Below, in pieces: positions 23,301 through 35,595 of a DNA stretch of 64,000 bases. Source of the stretch: Macrostomum lignano (Eukaryota); assembly GCA_002269645.1 (NCBI GenBank), contig NIVC01001046.1, forward strand, positions 186,001 to 250,000, in the 5' to 3' direction. The translations under genes were made by a program, and so were the position numbers. Within the stretch, counting starts at the first letter, position 1. Each line of letters opens with the position of its first letter. The notes beneath the pieces were generated by a model. It was not told the origin of the DNA, did not search any database, and saw only the letters and a program-made list of their open reading frames with translations.

Positions 23301-26300
23301 GAATCGTTAAGGTAATCTCTGCTCTGCAGTTTGAGCGGGTTACAAACGGGTTCTAAGATACGGTTCCGGAGGTTTCCTGAATTTTCCTTTATCAACTCTT
23401 TCCTCTATCTTCGACTTTCATATAACCTTCATATCCCGTTCGCTGCACTTCTTTACCTCGATTCAGCTTTTCCCATCTTTTAATTCCCTCTGCTTTTCTT
23501 GCTTTCAATCGCTTGCCTCTCCCTTCATCTCTTGCCCTTTCCTTAATCTCTTGCCTCTCCCTTCATCTCTTGCCCTTTCCTTAATCTCTTGCCTCTCCCT
23601 TCATCTCTTGCCCTTTCCTTAATCTCTTGCCTCTCCCTTCATCTCTTGCCCTTTCCTTAATCTCTTGCCTCTCCCTTCATCTCTTGCCCTTTCCTTAATC
23701 TCTTGCCTCTCCCTTCATCTCTTGCCCTTTCCTTAATCTCTTGCCTCTCCCTTCATCTCTTGCCCTTTCCTTAATCTCTTGCCTCTCCCTTCATCTCTTG
23801 CCCTTTCCTTAATCTCTTGCCTCTCCCTTCATCTCTTGCCCTTTCCTTAATCTCTTGCCTCTCCCTTCATCTCTTGCCCTTTCCTTAATCTCTTGCCTCT
23901 CCCTTCATCTCTCAATTCATCTCTTGCCTCTCCCTTCATCTATAGCATCTCCTTTCATCTCTTGCATCTCCTGTCATCTTTTGCTTCTCCCTTTATCTCC
24001 TGCCTCTTTCTTTATCACTTATTCTTCCTTCATCTATAATAAAAATAAGCAGACAGTTTTACCTGTTAAGCAGCTTATTCACGATCGCCAGATACCAGAC
24101 CCCGGCCGGCGGATGCGGCATCACGCGACTCAGCTGGTTGTCATGGTTTCGCATTTGAAATCGAATCTCGCAAAACTTGGCGTCCTCTTCGAGGCCAAGG
24201 CTGAGCCGCCTGCCGAGACAAAAGTCCAAGGACACTGGATTAGTCTTGGACTCGATATCAATTAGCAGGTAGCGAACCGAGTCGAATAGGCCGCGAATAG
24301 TGAAGGGGATCACGGTGGGGATGCTGGAATAAATGCGCAGAATTCGTCCGCCAGCCTCTCGGCTGGACGGCGCGATCAGCGTCTTGCCATAGATGTCGTA
24401 GTTCTGCGTGGGGTGGGGGTCACGGTGGCGAGATGATTAGGCGAGAATGATGGGACGAGATTAAGGAATCATTGAAGAGATTGGGGATGAGATGAAGGCG
24501 AGATTTGGAATGAGATGAAGGCGAGATTTGGAATGAGATGAAGGCGAGATTTGAGATGAGATGAAGGCGAAATTTAGAATGAGATGTAGGCGAGATTGGC
24601 ATGAGATGAAGGCGAGATTTGGGATGAGATGAAGGCGAGATTTGAGATGAGATGAAGGCGAGATTTGAGATGAGATAAAGGCGAGATTTGAGATGAGATG
24701 AAGGCGAGATTTGGGATGAGATAAAGGCGAGATTTGAGATGAGATGAAGGCGAGATTTGGGATGAGATGAAGGCAAGATTGGGGATGAGATGAGGGTGAG
24801 ATTGGGGATGAGATGAAGGGAAGATTGGGGATACGATAAGAGGAAGATTAATGATAATATGAAGAGAAGATAGGGCTGTAGATAAGATGTAGAGAACGTT
24901 CAAGAGATACATGAAAACAATATTCGGTATAAGATAATTGAAAGATTCTGGATGAGACGAAGATCAGATTGAGGAAGTGATGAAAGATATAAAATTGAGC
25001 ACATAGGAGTTAAAACTTAAGATAAGAAACTAAAAAATCTATTTTCACCTGTAAACTTGGCGAGTACAGCTCGCACGCAGTTTCCGAATTCGATGAGGCT
25101 GAAGTAGCCAATAACGAAAGGTCAGCCGAAGGCGGCCGACATTTCCGGTGCAGGCGCACCGATACAGTCACACTAACTGGAACTTTATTAGCAGCCAATG
25201 ACAAATAATTGGCATCGGACAGAGGCGATAATTGGCCGGCGAATATTCGCTTAGTAGACGTTACTCTTGCTGACAGCTGGCGAGGGTCGGCAACGGAGCC
25301 GGCTGACACGAGAGCAAACAGCGCGCAGCCGGATTCGCTGGCATTTCTGAGGCCTAAGCCGGCAAAGTGGATTTTCGGAGTGCAGTCGAAGATCTCGAGT
25401 TCAACGCTGTAGGCAAACTCGGGCAGGGCGAGGCTAAAATTGTTTGTAAAAGTTAAAAACAACTGATTTGTAAACACTAGACAGGGCAGGGGTCTCACAA
25501 GCTCGAATCTCATAAGCTCGAAATCTCATAAGCTCGAATCTCATAAACTCGAATCTAACAAACTTAAATCTCATAATCTCGAATCTCACAAGCTCGAATC
25601 TCATCAGCTCGAATCTCATAAACTCGAATCTCATAAGCTCGAATCTCATAAACTCGAATTTCATAAACTCAAATCTAATAAACTCGAATCTCACAAGCTC
25701 GAATCTCATAAGCTCGAAAAAGCTCGAATCTAACAAACTTAAATCTCATAAAGTCGGATCTCATAAGCTCGAATCTAAAAAACTCAAATCTTATAAGCTC
25801 GAATCTATCAAACTCAAATCTCACAAACTCAAATCTCACAAACTCAAATCTCATAAGCTCGAATCTCATAAACTCGAATCTCAAGAGCTCGAAATTTTAT
25901 GTACGAAATAAAAGATTCAATTTGGCATACATAGCGTTTAATGCCTGCAAAAATGACAGGAATAGGGGTTATACTCACCGGAAGAATTGCACCTGGCCAA
26001 TAAGTATTCGCACAGTAACATTAGTATCCAGGCTAAGCAAGGGCGTAGTGATTGGCACATCGCCAGATGGCTTAAAGTGCACGGCATAGGAGCATGGCGT
26101 CTTTTTTATGCCCTAAAAATTGTTTACGATTTGAAAGTACAAGTATGCAGCACTGAAATACGTTTGCTTGTGTCCGCTGAAGAGCATTGAAAAACGAAAT
26201 CTGAAGATTAAGCATCTAGCATTAAGATTTTTTGTCTAAGAATAGGCGTACAGTCCGAGGGTTTCTAGGAATTACTTACCGGAGGGTTTCTAGGAATTTA

Positions 26301-27311
26301 CTTATCCGAGGGTTTCTAGGAATTACTTACCGGAGGGTTTCTAGGAATGTACTTATCCGAGGGTTTCTAGGAATTACTTACCGGAGGGTTTCTAGGAATG
26401 TACTTATCCGAGGGTTTCTAGGAGTTACTTACCGGAGGGTTTCTAGGAATTACTTACCGGAGGGTTTCTAGGAATTACTTACCGGAGGGTTTCTAGGAGT
26501 TACTTACCGGAGGGTTTCTAGGAATTACTTACCGGAGGGTTTCTAGGAATGTACTTATATCAGGGTTTTTAGGAATGTGCTTATCCGAGGGTTTCTAAGA
26601 ATGTGATTATCGGGATATCGGGAGGTTTCAAGGAATATGCTTATCGGGAGGTTTCAAGGAATATGCTTATCGGGAGGTTTATAGGAATATGCTTATCGGG
26701 AGGTTTCTAGGAATATGCTTATCAGATTTTCTAGGAATGTGCTTTAAGTCATGCCAGAGTTTCTAGCAAAATGGGATACCTTTATCGAATGATTTTAAGG
26801 AAAATGCCTATACAACGCTGTCTAGGAATATGCTTGTCGGATGGTTTCTAGGAATGTGCTTCTCAGTAAGTTTCTTATTCACTAATTTATAAAATTGACT
26901 GTAGAACACGATGTTTTTGAAGCATATGAATGCTGGAACTTCTGATAATTAGATACACATCTCCATGAGCAAAGAGATTGTCCAAGAAAGCGACCTTTAA
27001 AGTCCCTAGCAAAATTGTTTTAACTAAAAGTTGATAGACTCTGAGAGGTGGATTTCAAGAGCGTTTCTAAGAATTTGGGTTCCTAGTCTTCAGCCCTACC
27101 TACCAGCTTCTGCAGCTTGGACGGCTCGGGCTCCATGCTAATAACGGTAAAGTAGAACAACCCGCCGCCCACGGTATCGAACATGGCCCGGGCGCCAGTA
27201 GAGGATTTGTCCAATCGAATAGCGAATCTCTGTCGGCGAAGGATCAGCAGATCTGGCGACCAGGCTGACTCGTTTAGCCAGGGAACGGCGCCGTGCTGGC
27301 TGCTGATCAAG
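20324..27311 (-). CDS. TMEM8: TMEM8/PGAP6 (myomaker-related) family membrane protein; 5' end unresolved
   Basis: Frame-compatible GT-AG exons: 27311-27104 (QHGAVPWLN...GLFYF), 26112-25979 (GIKKTPCSY...QFFR), 25433-25049 (LALPEFAY), 24403-24063 (PHPPAGVWYL), 23323-23032 (EGF-like CLNGGQC..CRCYDGFAGDLC, then LSNAAFLP..EALIY), 21927-21664 (FYHACD..LDFLGAFLSLWVT), 20971-20324 (CYPP..LLPG..NYYLVHSGWH). Confidence 0.9.
21118..21335. repeat. Intronic ~21-bp minisatellite (gggtgaggaacgtgtgtccat)
   Basis: Visible tandem units in TMEM8 intron 21663-20972. Confidence 0.9.
22080..23020. repeat. Intronic ~13-bp minisatellite (gagtcaggatggg)
   Basis: Visible tandem units in TMEM8 intron 23031-21928. Confidence 0.9.
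23510..23925. repeat. Intronic 38-bp minisatellite (ctcttgcctctcccttcatctcttgccctttccttaat)
   Basis: Near-identical tandem units. Confidence 0.95.
24485..24830. repeat. Intronic 23-bp minisatellite (gagatgagatgaaggcgagattt)
   Basis: Visible tandem units. Confidence 0.9.
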
Positions 27312-27827
27312 CTGCGGGTGACACACCGATAACCTTTCTTCATCGCTGGTCATGCAGGCATGATCTACGCTGGCCGTGCAACTTAGTTTTTGACCAAAAA
27401 TGCCACTTACCTATGAAAGGAACCTAAACCAAAATTGACGTAATTTTGGGTAAAAACGGCAGGAGTAACTATGACCGTATCATTAGGGCTAAATGCCTCG
27501 TCATCTACTTAGTATTAGTATATTTTCCGAATGGGCACTTTTGCGACCTTGCTGATGGGGATTGGTTCAGACCAGTCACGTGACAATTTAAACCTTTTCT
27601 CATCCAGAGGAACACTCTTTTGTAACTACGACCTCTGAGAAGCTTATTTGATTGGGAAAAAATTAAACTATGTACTATTATATTCTCGTTTCTTTTTTGT
27701 CTGTTCCAGATACTTTGAAATCAGTTACTATGCTCTGGCACTATACATGGAGCACTGAGCGTAGGGTTCGAACTCTGAACATTCCTGCTTTGATTTAGAG
27801 TTGCTACTTTGGCGTCCAAAAGATAGG

Positions 27828-28968
27828 TTACTCTGTAGTTTAATACTCTTGCAGGTTACTCTGTAGTTTAATACTCTTGCAGGTTACTTTGTAGTTTACT
27901 ACTCTTGCAGGTTACTCTGTAGTTTACTACTCTTGCAGGTTACTCTGTAGTTTAATACTCTTGCAGGTTACTCTGTAGTTTAATACTCTTGCAGGTTACT
28001 TTGTAGTTTACTACTCTTGCAGGTTACTCTGTAGTTTACTACTCTTGCAGGTTACTCTGTAGTTTACTACTCTTGCAGGTTACTTTGTAGTTTACTACTC
28101 TTGCAGGTTACTCTGTAGTTTAATACTCTTGCAGGTTACTCTGTAGTTTAATACTCTTGCAGGTTACTTTGTAGTTTACTACTCTTGCAGGTTACTTTGT
28201 AGTTTACTACTCTTGCAGGTTACTTTGTAGTTTACTACTCTTGCAGGTTACTCTGTAGTTTAATACTCTTGCAGGTTACTTTGTAGTTTATTACTCTTGC
28301 AGGTTACTCTGTAGTTTACTACTCTTGCAGGTTACTCTGTAGTTTACTACTCTTGCAGGTTACTCTGTAGTTTACTACTCTTGCAGGTTACTTTGTAGTT
28401 TACTACTCTTGCAGGTTACTTTGTAGTTTACTACTCTTGCAGGTTACTCTGTAGTTTACTACTCTTGCAGGTTACTTTGTAGTTTACTACTCTTGCAGGT
28501 TACTCTGTAGTTTACTACTCTTGCAGGTTACTCTGTAGTTTACTACTCTTGCAGGTTACTCTGTAGTTTACTACTCTTGCAGGTTACTTTGTAGTTTACT
28601 ACTCTTGCAGGTTACTTTGTAGTTTACTACTCTTGCAGGTTACTCTGTAGTTTAATACTCTTGCAGGTTACTCTGTAGTTTACTACTCTTGCAGGTTACT
28701 CTGTAGTTTACTACTCTTGCAGGTTACTCTGTAGTTTACTACTCTTGCAGGTTACTCTGTAGTTTATTACTCTTGCAGGTTACTCTGTAGTTTACTACTC
28801 TTGCAGGTTACTCTGTAGTTTACTACTCTTGCAGGTTACTCTGTAGTTTACTACTCTTGCAGGTTACTCTGTAGTTTACTACTCTTGCAGGTTACTCTGT
28901 AGTTTACTACTCTTGCAGGTTACTCTGTAGTTTACTACTCTTGCAGGTTACTCTGTAGTTTACTACTC
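27828..28968. repeat. 28-bp minisatellite (tttactactcttgcaggttactctgtag), ~1.1 kb
   Basis: Visible tandem units. Confidence 0.95.
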
Positions 28969-31184
28969 TGCCGCATGCTTGGGCGCAACCTAGGGATTCA
29001 CCCAGCCGTTTCTATTGGCAACACACATGTAAGTCGCCGTTGGACAGAATAGTAGTCACGTGACTGCTCTCAGCCAATAGCGACTTACATGTGTGTTGCC
29101 AATAGAAACGGCCGGGTGATTCCCAAGGTTGCGCATGTATGCTCTGCAGTACGTTACTCTGTAGTAGGTTACTCTGTAGTAGGCTACTCTGTAGTAGGTT
29201 ACTCTGTAATAGGCTTCTCTGTAGTAGGTTACTCTGTAATAGGCTTCTCTGTAGTAGGTTACTCTGTAGTAGGCTACTCTGTAGTAGGTTACTCTGTAAT
29301 AGGCTTCTCTGTAGTAGGTTACTCTGTAATAGGTTTCTCTGTAGTAGGTTACTCTGTAGTAGGCTACTCTGTAGTAGGTTTACTCTGTAATAGGCTTCTC
29401 TGTAGTAGGCTACTCTGTAATAGGTTACTCTGTAGTAGGCTACTCTGTAGTAGGTTACTCTGTAGTAGGTTACTCTGTAGTAGGCTTCTCTGTAGTAGGT
29501 TACTCTGTAGTAGGCTACTCTGTAGTAGGTTACTCTGTAGTAGGCTACTCTGTAGTAGGCTACTCTGTAGTAGGTTACTCTGTAGTAGGCTACTCTGTAG
29601 TAGGATTATCCTGAAATAAGCTACTCTATAGTACATAATTGGTAAATAAAAAACAAAAACAGTTTTAAAAAATCCCCATGCGAATGTCACCTTTGGCAGA
29701 ATGGCACCTAGACAAAAACAACTTCAAATACAAACCAATACCAATATGCGCAACTAACTAACCTGTTCTTTAGCACAGCAATTTGGCTATATTTAATTTA
29801 ATCAATATGCAAAAAGACACATTAAAAACCATGGGCATAAATCTTTCAGAAATCAAAATGAAAGAATTAAATATTCTGATTTGCAGCATGTTGATAGATG
29901 CTAGAGCAACCACATCTGATACCAATGCAAGGTGAAGATTACCTATAGGACTTTAACATAGGGTTAATAGTCCAATAGTCTACTACTGCACAATAGTAGT
30001 AGAAAATATCTAAAAGACAATGAATAAAATATAATTTATAGTGAGTGACCCAAAATCACATGCACAAGCCTATACATAAAATTTTGTTCAAAAGAAAAAA
30101 ACTATTTCCACATGCAAAAATATTGAAAAATGAAAACATACTTACACATCCATTGGATAGATAGGACAGCCATCATCCACTCGCAAGTTAACAGACCAGA
30201 CTATGTTGCCAGCCAGCTTTGGAACAATTATAGGCATAGTCTCCGACTTTTGCACCTCATTGTAGCTGCTTATGTAGAACAATACAGGCCTTGACCAAAA
30301 AGTTGTATCTGGACAATTTTAATATACATTTATACCTCAGATTAAAAATCAAAACTGACAAATTACAAAAAATAACTTTCCAAATTTGACTTTGTCTAGT
30401 ATATAAAAAGCCAACAAAATGATATAGGATTAGAAAAGTTAGTGTCTAAGGTAGAGTGTCTAAGGTGGAGACCACACAGAATCTTTATCCCTACCTAGCC
30501 ACCCTCAATTTTTATTACCTTCCTTGGTTGTTTCAATCTAAAAATCTACTTGTTAAATTTCAGTGGCTAATGTACATTATGGCTAAACCAATTAGCAAGA
30601 TGTTTATATCTGCAAGCTTAATTTCTAAATTTATCAAAGTCATCTTAGTTGTCTTTATTCTTATAAAAGCTTATGTATTATTCATTGCTACTGAACAAAA
30701 AGTAGAAAGCTGTTTTACCAAGTATATATGCCTAGGTAGCCTATTTAGTTATTTTAATTTCTGTGGTTAATATTGACATTAAAAATTATAGCAAAATCTA
30801 TCAATATAAATGCTTTATACTTGGGCACAACCTACTACTTAGGAATTTACCTAGCTATTTCCTATTGGCAACACATAAATAATTTGCTATTAGACAAAAT
30901 ATTACTCTTAGCCAATAGCAACTTATATATATATATATATATTGCCAATAGAAACAGCTAGGTGATTCCTATAATGGCTATAGTAAAAAAGGCTGGAATA
31001 TGCTAAGATAAAACATGGGGCCTTGCTAGTGCTAGATGGGCTAATTGCTATTTATTTATTTTCTTGAAGTCTTTTCTATATTATTTTGACAAAAATTATA
31101 GGGCCTAGCTAGAAATAGAAATTTATTTCTATATATATAGGCTATAAAATTTTTTTAGCAAATAGCATTATTTTAAAAGCAAAT

Positions 31185-32372
31185 GGCAAAATCCAAAAAA
31201 TGTGGGATAAAACGATAAAACAAATCTGCAGACATTTGATGAAAGGTAATGTATCTAAAAAAGCTTTTGGAAAGACAGATAAGTCTTTAAAAATAGTTCT
31301 GGATAAAAACTATTTTTTCATGCTTTACATTGTTGAATAAATGAGTAAAAAACTACAAAAAAGCATTTTAAAAGTCCAAGTTGACTGATTTGCAATTTTT
31401 TGTTTCACTTTTTTCATTAATAAACAATTAATTTATAGACTTGTAGACCTTAGAGAAGGCTAATTTTTTTAATATTTACAAAATAGAAAGTAATCTATGT
31501 TTTACTTTTTATTTTATTTAAAAAGATGAAGTATTTCTAAGGATTTTTTAAGTTTTTCTAAAACCATATAAACTTGCAAAAATTCATACAAATTTAAAGT
31601 GCAACGTTTGCCAACAAACATCTTTCTCTAAAAGTAAATATACTGCTAATTCCTTGTTGCAAAATAATCTTTAAGTTATTTTCTTTCATTTAAATATCAA
31701 CTTGCATGGCATTAGTGTATATAATATGCCTATATATAAACTTGAAAATTTTGGGTAAAAAATGGTACCACAAAATGTGAACCTGGCATCTAAATCAAAT
31801 GCTTCCTGTAGACTTATGAGGCAACAAAGAACAATGAAATTACATTTAAATATGTATTATCGCGGCGTGTATATAGGAAAAAAGAATTTTCCAAATTGCT
31901 TTAGTAAAAGCTGAGTAAAATGCTATTTTCTGATCCTTATGGAAATTTGTATGCTTAAATAATAAACTTACATTGAATACAATTTATTGTAAATGAACTC
32001 TACAAAATACATATTGTCAAGAGTAACAAAAGTGATAAACAAATAAACCCTTAAAAATAATTTTAAGTATGTTGTAGAATTATAGTGTATTATTAGAGAT
32101 TTGGTATATTTAGATTATAAGATATTTAAAGTTAATAAATACATTATTAGAGCTTTTCTATCATTTTTAATAAAGTCATTTTAGGTTGTAATTTAACTTA
32201 TCATTTTAACAAACCGTTTTATAAAAAATAAGGCTATACATAAATAATTTGTGCTTGTATAAATGTTTTTAACTTTTTGAAACTTAAATAAATTTATTTT
32301 TATAGCTTTTTTGCTTTCAAATTGTCAAAAACAAATTTTCAAAAAACTTGCCCCCAATTTTTGGATTTCGCC
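31185..32372. mobile_element. Non-autonomous TIR element with 4-bp AAAT TSD (Sola1-like); right arm only
   Basis: Ends ggcaaaatccaaaaaatgtggg / (rc) ggcgaaatccaaaaattggggg. AAAT at 31181-31184 and 32373-32376. The empty site is at ~7705-7720 in the left arm. Confidence 0.75.
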
Positions 32373-32724
32373 AAATAGAAAAATTCTTTTTAGGCCTAGG
32401 TTATTTTAGAAAAACTATATAGATCTAACAATTTTGGAAAGAATAGCCTAGAAATCTCAAAAAGATCTAGGCCTAATCCAAATAAGCCTAGGCCTAATCA
32501 AAGAAATACCTAAATGATTATATTATTTTTATATCTAACTAAAAGAAATAAATATGAAATAAATATACTATATAAAAAATAAATAAAATAGGAAAGAGAA
32601 AAGAAAACCAGAGAATATGAATTAGGAGTACTAGGTCTACAGTAATATTAGGGTCTCTTTATGTGATTGGTAACTAGGCCTACTATATAATAAAAGTATT
32701 AGGCTATTGCCATTGGGGCCTAAG

Positions 32725-33780
32725 CCATACTCAGGAAGGTGGCCTGCACGCGGGAGTTTTCCCGCGTGCACAAGCCACGCTAAAATTTTGGCGTGCAAAG
32801 TTGGCGTGCAAATAGGGGTCTCAAGCTACGCCTAAATTTTCAGTGTACAAGTTTTTTACTTGGCGTGTAACCTTGGCGTGCAATTACAAACTGACAGTAT
32901 ATCAACAAGTTAGATATAGATGTATACACTATATATATACACAATATATAAAGTTAAACATGAACAATTGAATTTGAATATTGATTAAACCAACTAGTTG
33001 AGGGCTGAGGCTACAGCCTAGCCTATAGCCAGGCCTACACTCTATAGTCTATATTAAAATTAAAATATCCAATAACTTTTAAACGCTCTTATTTTGTGAC
33101 TCTTGTAGGCTTTTAGTTTATTTGTTTCTTGAAATATGAAGAAAAATTTTTTGATACTCACTATGTTCTTTGTAGTGAATTTCCTTTTTTTATAGAAACT
33201 TTGTTTAACGTAAGTAGAAAATTTATTTAAAAATAGTATCTAATACGGTTAATATTCAAATCAAGAATGCAAATACATTGTCAACGTAGAATAAATAGTC
33301 TATCGACTAGGCCTATCTATAATCTATCGATAAAAGTATTTGATTTTTTTTTGTAGAATTATATAAAGTTACATTAAATACACAGTCAGTTGTTTTCTGT
33401 TTTATTTTTGACACAAAATTTAAGTCATTTTACCAATTTTTTTACCATTTACTGTAGGGTAAACAGACGGTGTAACCACTTTTGGCATACAGGATTTTGG
33501 GCTATCCTGTAGTTTCGCACGTTTAATTATTTCCGGAATTATTTCGCCCTCTATTCAAGGGTGGTGGGGGGTGGGGGTTGGAATTAAACGTGCAAAACTA
33601 CAGGTTAGCCGGATTTTGGTATACACAATTTTCGGCGTACATGATTTTTGGTATTCAAGATTTTTGGCATGCAACAGAAATGTCATGTTAAGGGTTTTAA
33701 AAAATTGGCGTACATTGCGTGCACCAAGGATTTTGCCATAAATTGATTCCCGCGTGCACTTGCCACCTTCCTAACTATGG
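32725..33780. mobile_element. Non-autonomous TIR element with 8-bp TSD (hAT-like); right arm only
   Basis: TSD GGCCTAAG at 32717-32724 and 33781-33788. TIR ccatactcaggaaggtggc..tgcacgcggga / (rc) ccatagttaggaaggtggcaagtgcacgcggga. The empty site is at ~7350-7360 in the left arm. Confidence 0.85.
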
Positions 33781-34434
33781 GGCCTAAGTAGGCTTAAAGA
33801 AAATAATTTATAATAACTTACCTGATTGTACATATGATATACAAAATGTAGATTTCATTAAATTACAAACTAGAAGAAATAAAAGCAAATTATAATATTG
33901 ATTTTTATGAGGACTAGCCATAAATAGTTTATATTTAAATTAAACTGTTACAATTTCACTTAAGTCTTGAGATTGCTCTAAATCTATAAATGAGATTTAA
34001 AGTAGAAGTTTGGCATAAAGAAAAGCGATTTTAATAGACCTAGAACTAAGTGGAGATTTCAAGTCATATGAACTAGAAACTGAATCTAAGCATCACATAT
34101 CCTGATGCACACTGATGAACAAAAGATTTTAGAATAAGATGAAATTAATTAGCGTGACTTTTACCAATTTATGATTCAAAAAAATTGTACAGATTAACAA
34201 ATTTTTCCACGTAAAAGCCAGTTTAGCAGAAAATGCAGCTTTGAAGAAACTTTTTGTACTAGCCTCATCGGTTGTACGTCTTACTATTACTTGTAATAGT
34301 TTGGTTTGGTAGTTCTCTGCTTATAGCTTTCCTAATATTACATGTAATAACTGTCTCTACCTATAAAAATAGAAACTTTGTCTGTGTCTGTTTGTCTGTG
34401 TGTGTACTAGAGAGAGAGATAGAGAAATAGAAAT

Positions 34435-34560
<126 letters not shown>

Positions 34561-35441
34561 GGAGAAACGATAAGAGGAGAGAGAGAAGAGAGGAAAGACG
34601 AGGGACGAGAGAGAAAAGAGAAGATAGAAGAGAAGATAGAAGTTTCAAAGGATCCAAGGAATGTAAGGAGAGTCAGTAGCCGAGGCCAGAGTTTGCCAAT
34701 ACATGTTTTAGAGTCAGACAGACATTGCCCGACATTCTGCGCAGCACAGCACCCCAGTCAACAAAATCAACTCAGGGACAACTAAAACTTAAGGTAGTTT
34801 AAGTTGTCCCTGAATCAACTGTTTACCTCAAATCCTAATTTTACACAATTGTACTCCATTTAATGTTTACCTCTATCGTGCTAACTATTAACAGGTTTTT
34901 GTTTGAGTATAGCTTCAGATTTCAGAATATTTGCAAAAATAGTTCCGGGGATTGAAAATCCCTGGGTTCAAAATACGCGGGTTTCAACAGCTTGTCCTAT
35001 AGTATAAGGCAATATTAAAAAATAAAGATAAGAATCCAAAGAGAATTAAGCTGTTTAAACAAGATGTCATAAAAGTATTGAAGCAGTAGTACAACAGATG
35101 GCTTAACACCCAGCACCCAGATTCCCCTTTTGTTTGAGCTAGGGAATAATCTTTGTGCAATATAAAATTATATTATAATACTATCTTACCCTGCCTTCAT
35201 TTTTTATGTTAAACTTAGACGAAGAAAATGACGGCCGGAAAAGCAAACGAAACAGCTCATTGCTTGCCCGAAAGCCTAACTACTTCTTTACTTATCGATA
35301 CCTTTAATCAACCAACTATATACTGACATTTCTGGAACTGAGACTACTAACAGTAGAGCAAAAGCAACGATCCGATACCCCTAAACGATGCTTTACTTAC
35401 ACCACCCGGTGATAACATCAATGCGGTCCAAAATGACGCAA

Positions 35442-35531
35442 CCAATCAGAAAGCGACATGCTGAAATACGGGCTGCCGCTGGCTTATCCTACAGCAACTT
35501 TCATCAGATAAATAGCCTCATCCGTTATAAA
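35442..35531 (+). promoter_or_regulatory. Putative FoxD core promoter (CCAAT 35442-35446, TATAAA 35526-35531)
   Basis: Motif spacing is plausible ~65-150 nt upstream of the ATG at 35596. This is a motif match only. Confidence 0.35.
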
Positions 35532-35595
35532 CGCGCAGTCATGCAGTTCTCTCCAGAAACAAGCGTGCAGTGATTAGCTTAATAATTAAACAAAT

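Larger units (their letters stand above)
25065..34148 (-). repeat. Right arm of inverted duplication (native TMEM8 5' half and upstream DNA)
   Basis: See left arm. It is longer because of two private insertions and larger arrays. Confidence 0.95.

Noticed and set aside
23510-23925. 38-bp repeat (and the 28-, 44- and 66-bp arrays) as CRISPR arrays
   Set aside because: Units are head-to-tail with no unique spacers, there are no cas genes, and the context is a eukaryotic intron.
27411-27600. First coding exon of TMEM8
   Set aside because: A GTAAGT donor exists at 27410, but no start codon or signal peptide could be joined unambiguously, so the 5' end is left unresolved.
6985-34148. Inverted duplication as a long-read fold-back assembly artefact
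   Set aside because: The arms differ by several percent, carry three arm-specific insertions with TSDs and have different array lengths. An artefact would be near-identical.
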